Source of the DNA: Promethearchaeota archaeon
Lineage (GTDB): Archaea > Asgardarchaeota > Lokiarchaeia > Sigyniarchaeales > SOKP01
Length of the DNA stretch: 18,506 nt
Assembly: GCA_018238625.1 (NCBI GenBank)
Contig: JABCSY010000080.1
Span: 1-18,506 of the forward strand
Direction of reading: 5' to 3'
Below are positions 1-8,822 of this stretch, in pieces (positions within the stretch are counted from its first letter, which is position 1; each line of letters opens with the position of its first letter). The notes under the pieces are model-generated. The model saw nothing but the letters and a program-made list of their open reading frames with translations. It had not been told where the DNA came from and made no database searches. Made by a program: the position numbers and the translations under genes.

Positions 1-1
1 C

Positions 2-307
2 ATTTTAAGATCAATCCCAATAATAATGGGAAAAAACCCGAGTATGCAAATTATTAAAGAAATTATTAGCGATATGACAGAAATAGGGAAAGATAAAAGT
101 TTCTCAGAAAAAATAGAGGAAATTATAAATTATTTAGCGTGTCACAAAAGCATTCGAGGGGGCGACGACTTGTCTTTAAAAAATGTTAGATCGTTAATTA
201 TAGATTTAGCAAATTGTAAGGACTCGTTTCATTGCGCTCATGGAAGACCCACCTTGAAATTTATCTCATTTAAAGAACTAGATAAACTTTTTAAAAGAAT
301 CGTATAA
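2..307 (+). CDS. mutL: DNA mismatch repair endonuclease MutL, C-terminal part (5'-truncated by the window edge)
   Basis: Contains ACHKSIR (ACR/K motif), CAHGRP (CPHGRP motif) and a terminal FKR, all typical of MutL/PMS2 endonuclease C-termini. The frame is open from base 2 (ILRSIPIIM...). Confidence 0.92.
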   Translation: MLRSIPIIMGKNPSMQIIKEIISDMTEIGKDKSFSEKIEEIINYLACHKSIRGGDDLSLKNVRSLIIDLANCKDSFHCAHGRPTLKFISFKELDKLFKRIV

Positions 308-402
308 ATGGTTTTTTTACTCATGATGAAATTCTTCAAATGATTAAGATATAAATAGCACGTTTTCAATTAGAGTATTAAGAAGAACAAAACAAATTCT
401 AT

Positions 403-909
403 GTGTATCTTATGAAAAAAAAAGACAAAAAGAAGAAAGTAAAAAAAGGTAAACTAGCTCAAGAAGATAGTAATATTCCTATTAAAAATCCTCAAATAGA
501 GGCGCTTTCAAAAATAGTAGAATTAAGCGATTTAGCAGAGGGTAGTTTAATGAAAGGTGTTTACGATGACGCTATACATTATTCGGAACAAGTTATTAGA
601 TTAGCAATAGAAAATGGTGTGGACCATCATATTAAAAAACAAGAAGAATTTATGAAAGTTGTAGCCGAAAAAGTTCAAAAGGATTTTTTTGTTTCAGAAA
701 TAAACGAGGCAGCGAGTAAAATAGAAATGATTTATGATGTTCTAATAAAAGCTGAAAATTTTAATCAAGCTCACGAAGTGTTAGAAGCTTTTAAAATTCA
801 TTATGAGGATAAAATAAATTTAGGTTCAATTCAAATTATTCAAGACTTGATAAAGAAAGACTTAAAAGAGCGGATCAAATTTAAGGTTAGTCAACAAAAT
901 GACAACTGA
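403..909 (+). CDS. Hypothetical helical protein, Lys-rich N-terminus, TPR-like helical hairpins
   Basis: 168-aa ORF. Segments AEGSLMKGVYDDAIHYSEQVIRLA and ENFNQAHEVLEAF resemble TPR helices. The real start may be the ATG at 412. Confidence 0.7.
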   Translation: MYLMKKKDKKKKVKKGKLAQEDSNIPIKNPQIEALSKIVELSDLAEGSLMKGVYDDAIHYSEQVIRLAIENGVDHHIKKQEEFMKVVAEKVQKDFFVSEINEAASKIEMIYDVLIKAENFNQAHEVLEAFKIHYEDKINLGSIQIIQDLIKKDLKERIKFKVSQQNDN

Positions 910-911
910 AA

Positions 912-1187
912 TTAAGCTTTACTGAAGGCTATCCCTTCAATTCCTTGTATGCCTTCAACTTGTCTAAATAATTCTTCGACTTTATCTGTACCCCCCCATT
1001 CTTCAGGGTACCTAACACGGACTCTTGCTTTCTTCAAACCAAATGCGACAGGTTTTACATCATAGCTTTCGATAACAGAGTTATCGGTAAGTACGTTTTT
1101 TAATTTTGAAACGAGTTCTTCAAAATCAACATCTATATCTTCTGGAATGACGTCAATTAATGCTACAAATTCTCCCAATTTAAACAA
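912..1187 (-). CDS. ef1b: Archaeal translation elongation factor 1-beta
   Basis: PVAFGLK and GGTDKVEE motifs, ~90 aa, and directly downstream of the Zn-ribbon gene as in the conserved archaeal pair. The real start is probably the TTG at 1178 (MGEFVA...). Confidence 0.93.
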   Translation of the reverse strand: MFKLGEFVALIDVIPEDIDVDFEELVSKLKNVLTDNSVIESYDVKPVAFGLKKARVRVRYPEEWGGTDKVEELFRQVEGIQGIEGIAFSKA

Positions 1188-1235
1188 ACTCTTTGTTTTT
1201 TATCTAATATCGTCGTTCAATCGTTCTACGCCCAA

Positions 1236-1427
1236 CTAAGGCCCCGAAAATGAACATTTGAGACAAGTATAAGAGTTGCCCATGGTCCTACATCGTTCGC
1301 ATCTCCAAATAGTTACATCCCCGCATTGGGGACAAGGAAAATGAACTGCGCCTTCAAAAGGAGCAATCGGTCGTCCGCATGAGAAACACAGATTTTTTTT
1401 ATGACTTGACATCGTTAATCTCAACAA
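1236..1427 (-). CDS. Zn-ribbon putative RNA-binding protein (DUF1610/HVO_2753-like)
   Basis: CFSCG, FPCPQCG, IWRCERCR and YTCLKCSFSGP give four CxxC pairs with a terminal GP. Conserved position upstream of EF-1beta. Likely start is the ATG at 1412. Confidence 0.9.
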   Translation of the reverse strand: MLRLTMSSHKKNLCFSCGRPIAPFEGAVHFPCPQCGDVTIWRCERCRTMGNSYTCLKCSFSGP

Positions 1428-1588
1428 ACTATAATGGATAGTAAAATATCCTCTAACTTTAATTATTTTCGATTTTAAAAACTAATTTAGACCTAAATTA
1501 TTCATAATCTATATTTATATTAAATTCACAACATAATAATTATAATAAAATTTATTTTACACAAAAATTATATTTTTGGAAAAACGCG

Positions 1589-2125
1589 ATGCCAGATAAT
1601 AAAGTAATTAAATACTTCAGCCTTATAGAAGCCTGGGCTTGGTGCCCGATTTGTAAAGAGATGGTCAATATTAGGGTAAATAAGGAAGAAATTAAATCCG
1701 GATTAAAAATGGGTATATATACTAAAGAACATAAGCACATAAATCCTTACCCCGATCTAGAAGATACAGATGATTATTCAGGTCAGGAACACACGATTTA
1801 TCTTTATATAAATGACAATTACGATATAACGGGAGTGAAATCGTTTTTTGGAGATTCTCCGAGTATGAGTGATGTTGGAGCTGGAATTATCGAAGCGGGT
1901 GAAGAAGTAAGGATCCCGATTGTAGTTAAAGAAGTTTCGCCAATGAGCGTTCAATTAGGAATGTTATCGTTAGATGAGTTCAAATTGTTAAAAGTGTGTG
2001 ATGGGATGAATTCAGTACAAGAATGTGCTGATATCTCGCAAAAACCCATAGATAAAGTCGAAAAAATGTTAGATAAACTACGGAAGAAAGGTTTAGTTAA
2101 AGTTATCAAGAGAACTTCTGGATAG
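1589..2125 (+). CDS. Hypothetical protein: N-terminal CxxC/His putative metal site, C-terminal winged-HTH
   Basis: WCPICKE, EHKH and EH in the N-terminal half. The C-terminus LLKVCDGMNSVQECADISQKPIDKVEKMLDKLRKKGLVKV fits a wHTH pattern. Confidence 0.7.
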   Translation: MPDNKVIKYFSLIEAWAWCPICKEMVNIRVNKEEIKSGLKMGIYTKEHKHINPYPDLEDTDDYSGQEHTIYLYINDNYDITGVKSFFGDSPSMSDVGAGIIEAGEEVRIPIVVKEVSPMSVQLGMLSLDEFKLLKVCDGMNSVQECADISQKPIDKVEKMLDKLRKKGLVKVIKRTSG

Positions 2126-2199
2126 TAAGACGATAAATATTTCTAATTAGATAATTTAAATCTAATTGATCTTATCCCTCAATCCATTATTTAAAATAG

Positions 2200-3012
2200 T
2201 TAGTCTAAAAATTCTTTAGTAGTTTGAACATACTGTTTAAATTGCTCTCTCCGAATGCTATGACCCGCACCTTCGATTTTCACCCATTTTCCGGCTTTAC
2301 TCACGTCTATTATTTTCTGAGCTAACTTGTCTGGGATTATCCCTTTATCCGCGGTGATGAGTAGAATTGGACAAGAAATTTTATTAATTATTTCCTCCCA
2401 TTTATATTCGTTTTTAAACAATTTAAAAAATAAATTAGGATCTTTCTCCCTAAATTGAATTTTTGACTCTGCCCAGGGTTTTAAATCTTCGTCAGACCAT
2501 AAGGGGTTTTGATTATGCCCTTTCTTTAATAGTTCTTCATATGTACCTTTTAAAAATCGAGGTAACATTAATTTCATCGCAGCCTTAAGGGAAGATTTTT
2601 TAATCGACGACATATTCCTCAAACCAAAGCCAGGATCTTCGAGAATAATCTTTTTAATAAGATCGGGATATCTCTTTGCTACTAAAGCAGCCGTATTGGC
2701 CCCCATAGAATGACCAACTAATTGCATTTTATCTACATTAAGGTTTTTAATCAGTAGAGCGACATCATCTGCCATTGCGTCGTAAGTCCATGTTTCGTCA
2801 GATATATGAGTCAATCCATGTCCTCTAGCATCGGGTAAAATCACATCATAATCGCTCGCTAAAACACGACTAAGAGGTGTCCAACACAATCCATTATCCA
2901 TAATGCCATGAAGAAGTAATACAGGAGGTTTGTCCCCTCCCGTTCGATAATAATGAATCTTATTTCCGTTATTAGTAACAAAATCGGATTTCCATTCTAT
3001 AGTTCTACTCAA
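2200..3012 (-). CDS. Alpha/beta fold hydrolase
   Basis: LLHG oxyanion motif, DARGHG, GHSMG nucleophile elbow and AGH catalytic His. Confidence 0.93.
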   Translation of the reverse strand: MSRTIEWKSDFVTNNGNKIHYYRTGGDKPPVLLLHGIMDNGLCWTPLSRVLASDYDVILPDARGHGLTHISDETWTYDAMADDVALLIKNLNVDKMQLVGHSMGANTAALVAKRYPDLIKKIILEDPGFGLRNMSSIKKSSLKAAMKLMLPRFLKGTYEELLKKGHNQNPLWSDEDLKPWAESKIQFREKDPNLFFKLFKNEYKWEEIINKISCPILLITADKGIIPDKLAQKIIDVSKAGKWVKIEGAGHSIRREQFKQYVQTTKEFLD

Positions 3013-3087
3013 CCCGGATAATTCATTTTAATATAGTTAGTTTATAAAACAAAGGATTGGATTTATTAACTAATAAAAATAGAAAAA

Positions 3088-3633
3088 TTAAAGCATACCA
3101 GCATTTTCCATCATTTTACGCGCGATGTGTTCGAATATTTCTTCCACATTAACGCCTGTTTTAGAAGAACACTCATAAATACCTTGTAAATCGTGAGTTT
3201 TCGACAATTCAATTGCTTCTGTCGTTTCTACAGATCGTTTATCTTCAAGATCCAACTTTCCTCCGACCATAACTATAGGTATTTTTTTTTGTTGATCTCT
3301 CACATTTCTTTCAAATATCGAGAGCCAATCGTCTAAGTTCTTTATACTTGTGTATCTTGAAATATCATACATAAAGATCCCTCCATCAGCGCCTTTCGCA
3401 AAACTAGGTAAAAGAACTTTGAAGCGTTCCTCTCCAGCAAAATCCCATATTCGAACAACAACCTTTTTCCCTTCAATTTCGAATGTTTTAATAGAGAAAT
3501 CTGCTCCAATCGTCATTTTTAAATCTTCGTTAAATACTTTAGTAAGGTATCTTTGAATAAGAGTTGATTTTCCAACTCCTCCGTCACCAAAAATACACAA
3601 TTTAAAAGCACCATCTCGGTCGATTTTGAACAC
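3088..3633 (-). CDS. Rab/Ras-like small GTPase (eukaryotic signature protein type)
   Basis: G1 GDGGVGKS, G2 TIGADF, G3 WDFAGEE, G4 GKLD and G5 CSSK. There is no C-terminal Cys prenylation motif. Confidence 0.93.
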   Translation of the reverse strand: MFKIDRDGAFKLCIFGDGGVGKSTLIQRYLTKVFNEDLKMTIGADFSIKTFEIEGKKVVVRIWDFAGEERFKVLLPSFAKGADGGIFMYDISRYTSIKNLDDWLSIFERNVRDQQKKIPIVMVGGKLDLEDKRSVETTEAIELSKTHDLQGIYECSSKTGVNVEEIFEHIARKMMENAGML

Positions 3634-3819
3634 CTCGTTAACAATAATATAACATAATTTTTATTCGAATTATACTAATAATCCTTTAAAGAATTAATCA
3701 TTAAAAATTTTATCTGAATATCTTAATATCTGGGTTAATAATTCTTCCGTATATAAGCATAGTTTTAACTTTTATTCAGAACAAAAATAATAAATAACAT
3801 ATTATATAGAAGTAAAATT

Positions 3820-5460
3820 ATGTCAGATCAAAAAATTTATTACAAACATTGGCCAGAGGGCGTTCCAAAAGAAGTTGACATTCCAAATAAAACATTAATT
3901 GATTTTCTCGAAGATTCTGTGAAAGCTTACCCAAATAACATTGTATCATATTTCATGGGGTTCGAACTCACGTATACTATGTTGCTTGACATTGTTTACC
4001 GAGTTGCGACTAAATTAACCGAGCTTGGTATAAAGAAAGGTGATTGCGTTGCAATCCAATTTACTAATAACCCCGCATTCATAGCCTACTATTATGGTAT
4101 TTTAAAAATAGGGGGCGTAGTTACGCCAATCTCACCTTTGTTTAAGAAATTAGAGATAAAACGACAGCTAATCGATAGCGACGCAAAGGTATATATTGGT
4201 TGGGAGGGTTTTATGGGATTAGTAGATCCTATAATTAACGACACTGGAGTAATACACAAGTTCTATAGCAATTTAGGTCCTTATCTATCTCCAGATCCTA
4301 TGGCTCCACCGGAATTTTCAATGGAAGGGGAACCTCCCTTTGAAGATTTAATAAGAGAAACTCTACCAAACCCGCCTGTAGTCGAAGTCACTCGAGACGA
4401 TTTAGCTCAGCTACAATACACTGGTGGAACAACTGGATTCCCAAAAGGGGCAATGCTGACACACGGAAGTATTGCTGCAAACATTTTCCAAGCTGAAGCA
4501 TGGTTTGTCGAAAAAGAATTAGGAAAAGAGGTTTTACTCGCAGCTTTACCTTTTTACCACATATATATGGGATTCATGATGAATATGTGCATCCATAACG
4601 GGTGGAAATTAGCGTGCGTATTTAACCCCAGAGAGGCTCACGAAGTTATCGAAGTCATCGAAGCGACTAAAGTTACCGTCTTTCCAGGAGTCGCTGCTAT
4701 TTACAACAATTTAAACATTTATGAAGGAATTCAAAATCATGACTTGTCTAGCATAAAGTATTGCTTGAGCTCAGCAGGACCGCTTCCAGACGATGTGAGA
4801 AAAACATTTGAAGAACTTACAGGATCAAAGCTTCGAGAAGCATACGGCTTAACTGAAATGTCTCCAGCTGTTACAGCAAACCCATTCGAAGGTAAATTGA
4901 AACCTGGCACAATTGGAATGCCGTTTCCAAACACGGATGTAAAAATATGTGATGTTGAAGGCAACACGCTAGGGATCGGAGAGGTAGGGGAAATAGTAGT
5001 AAGAGGACCGCAAATGATGATGGGGTACTATAAACGTGAAGAGGAAACTAAAAATACGATTAAAGACGGTTGGTTATGGACGGGAGATTTAGCTTTAATG
5101 GACGAAGACGGATATTTTATCATAAAAGATAGGTTAAAGAACTTGATCAAATATAAGGGACATTCAGTTTACCCCACAGAAGTAGAGGATCTCTTATATT
5201 ATCACGAAGCCATTCAAGAATGCGGAGTTATTGGAATAATTGATGACAAGGGAAACGAAAACATTAAAGCATATATCGTATTGAAGGAAGATTATAAGGA
5301 CAAGGGAATCAACGAACAAGACATCATTAATTGGGCAAAAGAAAATATGGCAGGCGATAAATATCCGCGTTTCGTACAATTCATTGATGAAATTCCAAAA
5401 ACCATAGTGGGAAAAGTACTTCATCGCGAATTAAAAGGTTTAGAAGCTCAAAAACAGTAA
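3820..5460 (+). CDS. Long-chain fatty-acid--CoA ligase (AMP-binding, FadD-like)
   Basis: YTGGTTGFPKG AMP-binding loop, EAYGLTE, TGD, DRLKNLIK and PKTIVGK motifs. Confidence 0.93.
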   Translation: MSDQKIYYKHWPEGVPKEVDIPNKTLIDFLEDSVKAYPNNIVSYFMGFELTYTMLLDIVYRVATKLTELGIKKGDCVAIQFTNNPAFIAYYYGILKIGGVVTPISPLFKKLEIKRQLIDSDAKVYIGWEGFMGLVDPIINDTGVIHKFYSNLGPYLSPDPMAPPEFSMEGEPPFEDLIRETLPNPPVVEVTRDDLAQLQYTGGTTGFPKGAMLTHGSIAANIFQAEAWFVEKELGKEVLLAALPFYHIYMGFMMNMCIHNGWKLACVFNPREAHEVIEVIEATKVTVFPGVAAIYNNLNIYEGIQNHDLSSIKYCLSSAGPLPDDVRKTFEELTGSKLREAYGLTEMSPAVTANPFEGKLKPGTIGMPFPNTDVKICDVEGNTLGIGEVGEIVVRGPQMMMGYYKREEETKNTIKDGWLWTGDLALMDEDGYFIIKDRLKNLIKYKGHSVYPTEVEDLLYYHEAIQECGVIGIIDDKGNENIKAYIVLKEDYKDKGINEQDIINWAKENMAGDKYPRFVQFIDEIPKTIVGKVLHRELKGLEAQKQ

Positions 5461-5594
5461 TTCTTAAATAAATATTTTCATAATTTTTTCTTTTATCTAT
5501 ATCCATTTCAAAAATATTTGCGTTTTGTCGTTTTTGTTTATAAGAAATTATCCCATTGTTTTTTAATAACCTTATTTTAATCCTTAGTAGAACT

Positions 5595-6056
5595 ATGGAG
5601 AAAGCAACATTTGGAGCGGGCTGTTTTTGGGGCATAGAAGAGAAATTTCGAAAGAGTAATGGCGTTATATCAACAAGAGTAGGTTATAGCGGCGGAACTA
5701 TGAAAAATCCAACCTATAATGAAGTATGCTCGAGCGAAACTGGGCACGCTGAAGTAGTTGAAATTGTGTACGAGCCTTCTATTGTGTCTTACGAAGAATT
5801 GTTAAACATTTTTTGGAACATCCACGATCCAACGAGCCTTAATCGACAAGGATGGGATATTGGCACTCAATATAGATCTGTCATATTTTATCATAACGAA
5901 GAGCAGAAAAAAACCGCCCTCCTGACAAAACAAAAGCTTGAAAAGGCTGGAACGTATAAAAAACCAATAGTTACGGAGATTAAACCTGTCTCAGATTTTT
6001 TTATAGCGGAAGAATATCACCAGCGATATATTGAAAAAAACCAAAGAACTCGTTAG
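5595..6056 (+). CDS. msrA: Peptide-methionine (S)-S-oxide reductase MsrA
   Basis: GCFWG active site, TGHAEVV, HDPT, RQGxDxGTQYRS and AEEYHQ. Start moved to the ATG at 5595 (MEKATFGAGCFWG). Confidence 0.95.
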   Translation: MEKATFGAGCFWGIEEKFRKSNGVISTRVGYSGGTMKNPTYNEVCSSETGHAEVVEIVYEPSIVSYEELLNIFWNIHDPTSLNRQGWDIGTQYRSVIFYHNEEQKKTALLTKQKLEKAGTYKKPIVTEIKPVSDFFIAEEYHQRYIEKNQRTR

Positions 6057-6084
6057 GTATTTGAAAAAGGAAGTTAATTGAAAA

Positions 6085-6357
6085 TTATTTCAACGCTCTA
6101 ATTTTCGCCATTAATCTATCTCTGTGTTTGTCCCACATTTTATTGACTCTTCTTTCAACTATTTTTCGAGCAATTTTTTTCGCTACATACCTATTCATTA
6201 ATGGTTTAAGTCTACTCATTATTTTTTCAACAATTAGAGTTTTTATTAACGCCTCTAACGATTGATCTTTTGAAGCTTTTTCGATTAACCTTACTATTGC
6301 TTTTTCGACAACTAAATCAATTTTTTCTCTTAATTCGGGGGAAATTGTATCAGACAA
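6085..6357 (-). CDS. Small basic helical hypothetical protein
   Basis: 90-aa ORF. The TTG start lies 7 nt after an AAGGTG SD. No family recognised. Confidence 0.7.
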   Translation of the reverse strand: MSDTISPELREKIDLVVEKAIVRLIEKASKDQSLEALIKTLIVEKIMSRLKPLMNRYVAKKIARKIVERRVNKMWDKHRDRLMAKIRALK

Positions 6358-6428
6358 ATCGCTACACCTTTAATTTTCTTTAGAAATTGAATATAAAAAC
6401 GAATCAAATATTACATCAAATAACTTCT

Positions 6429-6552
6429 TTGAATTACCACCGCCTAAAGGCGCCGGATTCGTAATTCATCGGAGCTTGCTCAACGACTTGCTCGAGTCTT
6501 ACGGCTTCTCCAAACGCTTGACTTCCCGTAGTCCCTACGGTAGGCTGTTGAC
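6429..6552 (-). ncRNA. TnpB omega-RNA (reRNA)-like scaffold
   Basis: Several stems: CCGTAG/CTACGG (6526-6540), GACT/AGTC, GAGC/GCTC and TGAATTAC/GTAATTCA (6430-6468). It ends at TCAA. Bases 6541-6434 read TVGTTGSQAFGEAVR...MNYESGAFRRW*, like the TnpB C-terminal tail that overlaps the omega-RNA. Confidence 0.65.
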
Positions 6553-6695
6553 AAATTATTGGTTATCTAATTTATCACCAACAATTTACAAATGATTTTT
6601 CACATATTTAAAATTGGTAAGAAAAAAGGTTTAATGATTTCTCGCAAAATTCTTCCCGCACCTAAAGTAAAGGAGCGGGCTCTCTTTTGCTTCTA
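6429..6695 (-). mobile_element. Non-autonomous IS200/IS605-family miniature element (PATE-like), lacking tnpA and tnpB
   Basis: Minus-strand right end GAAT-ccggCGCCTttAGGCGgtgg-taat-TCAA matches the IS608-type GAAT/TCAA guide/cleavage pair. A left-end-like hairpin CCCGC-T-CCT..AGG-T-GCGGG (6655-6679) is preceded by AAAG and TTAC. Both ends are GC-rich islands in AT-rich DNA. The left boundary is tentative. Confidence 0.65.
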
Positions 6696-6767
6696 GTAAT
6701 AAAAAATTAGGCAAATCATAACCAATTAATAATTACGCTTTTTTTATGAATTAACTTTATTTATTTT

Positions 6768-7955
6768 ATGCTAAATCATCGATTAATAGATCCGCCCCGC
6801 GAACCCGAAAAGTTTGTTAAGGCTGCAATAGCATTTTTACAGAAGCACGCGAAGGATAAAAAAGTTTTTTGCGCCCTTTCTGGAGGGATAGATAGTTCTG
6901 CAACCTATCTTTTACTTAAAGAAGCAAACATCAACACAATTCCGGTTTTTATCGATCATGGCCTTATGCGAATAATTAGGGGGGTGGAAGAAAGAGAAAA
7001 TATTAAAAAACTATTTCCAGAAGTTATGGTGATAGATATCAGGGAAAAATTTCTTCCCAAAATTTTTGGAGAAGAAGATGCCGAAGTAAAAAGAAAACTA
7101 TTCAAAGACGCTTATTCAGATACAATAAGCAAAGTCATTAAAGAAGAAAAATGCGACTTATTATCTGATGGTACCATATTACCAGATATTGAAGAAAGCT
7201 TTGGCGTCAAAATCTCAGATCTAAAAGAAACTATGTCGTTAAAGGAAGAGATTTCTTTAAAAAACAAAAATATTCGAGGATTCGTTAAAAGCCAACATAA
7301 TTTGGACATTGAATACGACGTAGAAGCAACGGTACAACCCGTAGCAAGTCTGACGAAACCGGAAGTAAGAAGAGTTCTCAAGTATTTTAAAATGCCTAAC
7401 GAATTAGTTTATCGAAAAGCTTTTCCAGGTCCAGCGCTCTCGGCTCGTATTATTGGTCCAGTCACTTCAAAAAATTTAAGATTTGAAAAAAAAGTTCACG
7501 ATATTGTTGAATCGACGGTCGACGATTATTATACCGAAAAATTTGGCAAACCTATGATAATTAACGACAAGGGTGAACAAGAACCATTTCAAGCGTTTGC
7601 AGCAACTACTACGGATGTGTTATTGAGAAAGGTAACCGGAATGATTAACGGCCAAAGAACTTACGAAGTCCCTTTATCGATTAAAGGCGAATGGGATTTT
7701 GAAAAATTAGTAAATTTCTCTTCGCAAATAAAAGGATATGCCAGGATACTTTACGAGCTTTACGAAAGTCACGAAGGAATTTACGATGTCATCATCCGAT
7801 CTATCAATTCCATCGACGCAAGGACGGCAAGCGTTACAAATTTACCAATAGATTTAATTGAAGAAATAAAATACAAGTTGCTTGAAATCCCAGATACGAA
7901 AAACATCTATTTTGACATCACTCCCAAACCCCCGGCAACAATCGAATACGTGTAA
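6768..7955 (+). CDS. guaAB: GMP synthase, ATP pyrophosphatase (B) subunit without a fused glutamine amidotransferase domain
   Basis: SGGIDSS PP-loop, DHGLMR, GTILPDIEES, KSQHN, FPGPAL and a C-terminal DITPKPPATIEY. Confidence 0.88.
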   Translation: MLNHRLIDPPREPEKFVKAAIAFLQKHAKDKKVFCALSGGIDSSATYLLLKEANINTIPVFIDHGLMRIIRGVEERENIKKLFPEVMVIDIREKFLPKIFGEEDAEVKRKLFKDAYSDTISKVIKEEKCDLLSDGTILPDIEESFGVKISDLKETMSLKEEISLKNKNIRGFVKSQHNLDIEYDVEATVQPVASLTKPEVRRVLKYFKMPNELVYRKAFPGPALSARIIGPVTSKNLRFEKKVHDIVESTVDDYYTEKFGKPMIINDKGEQEPFQAFAATTTDVLLRKVTGMINGQRTYEVPLSIKGEWDFEKLVNFSSQIKGYARILYELYESHEGIYDVIIRSINSIDARTASVTNLPIDLIEEIKYKLLEIPDTKNIYFDITPKPPATIEYV

Positions 7956-8067
7956 GTTTTCTTTTTTTAAATTTACATTATTTGATCGTTGTTTTTTAAG
8001 AATATAGAAAGTTAAAGAAAAGAGTAAAAAAAAAAGAAATTAATAGATTTAAGCATATAATTATAGT

Positions 8068-8820
8068 TTAGGTACTTTTATACTTATTATATAATTTTAA
8101 CCCGATAACATATATTATAATGCTTATAATTACAATTACTATAAGGTCAATCCAAATATTTACATCAGTTAAAGTGGTTCCATAAAAAATTCGGTACAAA
8201 GCGTCAGTAACATATTGACTTGGCATAGCATACCCAATTACTTTTGTTGCCTCGCCCATGTATATGAATGACCCAAACATTTGTTGTGGCACGATAAAGA
8301 TAAAAGCTAAACTACCTGCAGTTCTAGCATCTTTTGCAATAGTAGCAGTAATCAGTCCAAGCCCTACCGAGCAAAAGCTCAGAATGATCGAAAAAACAAA
8401 TACCAATGCTATCCCAGCAACAGTAATATTTGGGCGAAAACCTATGAGAAGCGCAGTTATTAAAATTATAGCTGTCTGGATGAGTGGTATGATAGTATAT
8501 GATAACATTTGACCTCCTATTACTTCTCCAGAGGTTATTGGAGTCGTATTCATTCTTCTTTGCAATCCGTTATCGCGGTCTCCAGTAACAGATGACGCGA
8601 CAGTAAATATTGTTAGAATACCTGAGTAAGCAAATAATCCCGGAACCATGTGTTCAAAAACACTTCTTTCAGGCCCCCATCCATAATTACTACCTAACGC
8701 TAGTGCAAGTATTATAACAAGCATCGCGACAAAAAATAGCGAGAAATATAGAAACATCGGTGTTCTTATCAGTTTTTTCATTTCCATCCTAAAAACTGTT
8801 AGAATTCTTTGTCTTTTCAT
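8068..8820 (-). CDS. ABC-2 type exporter permease
   Basis: About six hydrophobic segments and DRDNGLQRRMNTTP (ERxxG-like motif). Lies immediately downstream of an ABC ATPase. Confidence 0.9.
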   Translation of the reverse strand: MKRQRILTVFRMEMKKLIRTPMFLYFSLFFVAMLVIILALALGSNYGWGPERSVFEHMVPGLFAYSGILTIFTVASSVTGDRDNGLQRRMNTTPITSGEVIGGQMLSYTIIPLIQTAIILITALLIGFRPNITVAGIALVFVFSIILSFCSVGLGLITATIAKDARTAGSLAFIFIVPQQMFGSFIYMGEATKVIGYAMPSQYVTDALYRIFYGTTLTDVNIWIDLIVIVIISIIIYVIGLKLYNKYKST

Positions 8821-8822
8821 TA

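Noticed and set aside
6424-6694. CTTCT at 6424-6428 and 6690-6694 as a target-site duplication
   Set aside because: A 5-bp match is easily chance, and IS200/IS605 elements do not make TSDs. It is noted only as an alternative left boundary.
6430-6700. Purine riboswitch or tRNA upstream of guaAB
   Set aside because: No purine-aptamer consensus or cloverleaf/T-loop is present. The sequence fits IS200/IS605 ends and a TnpB tail better.
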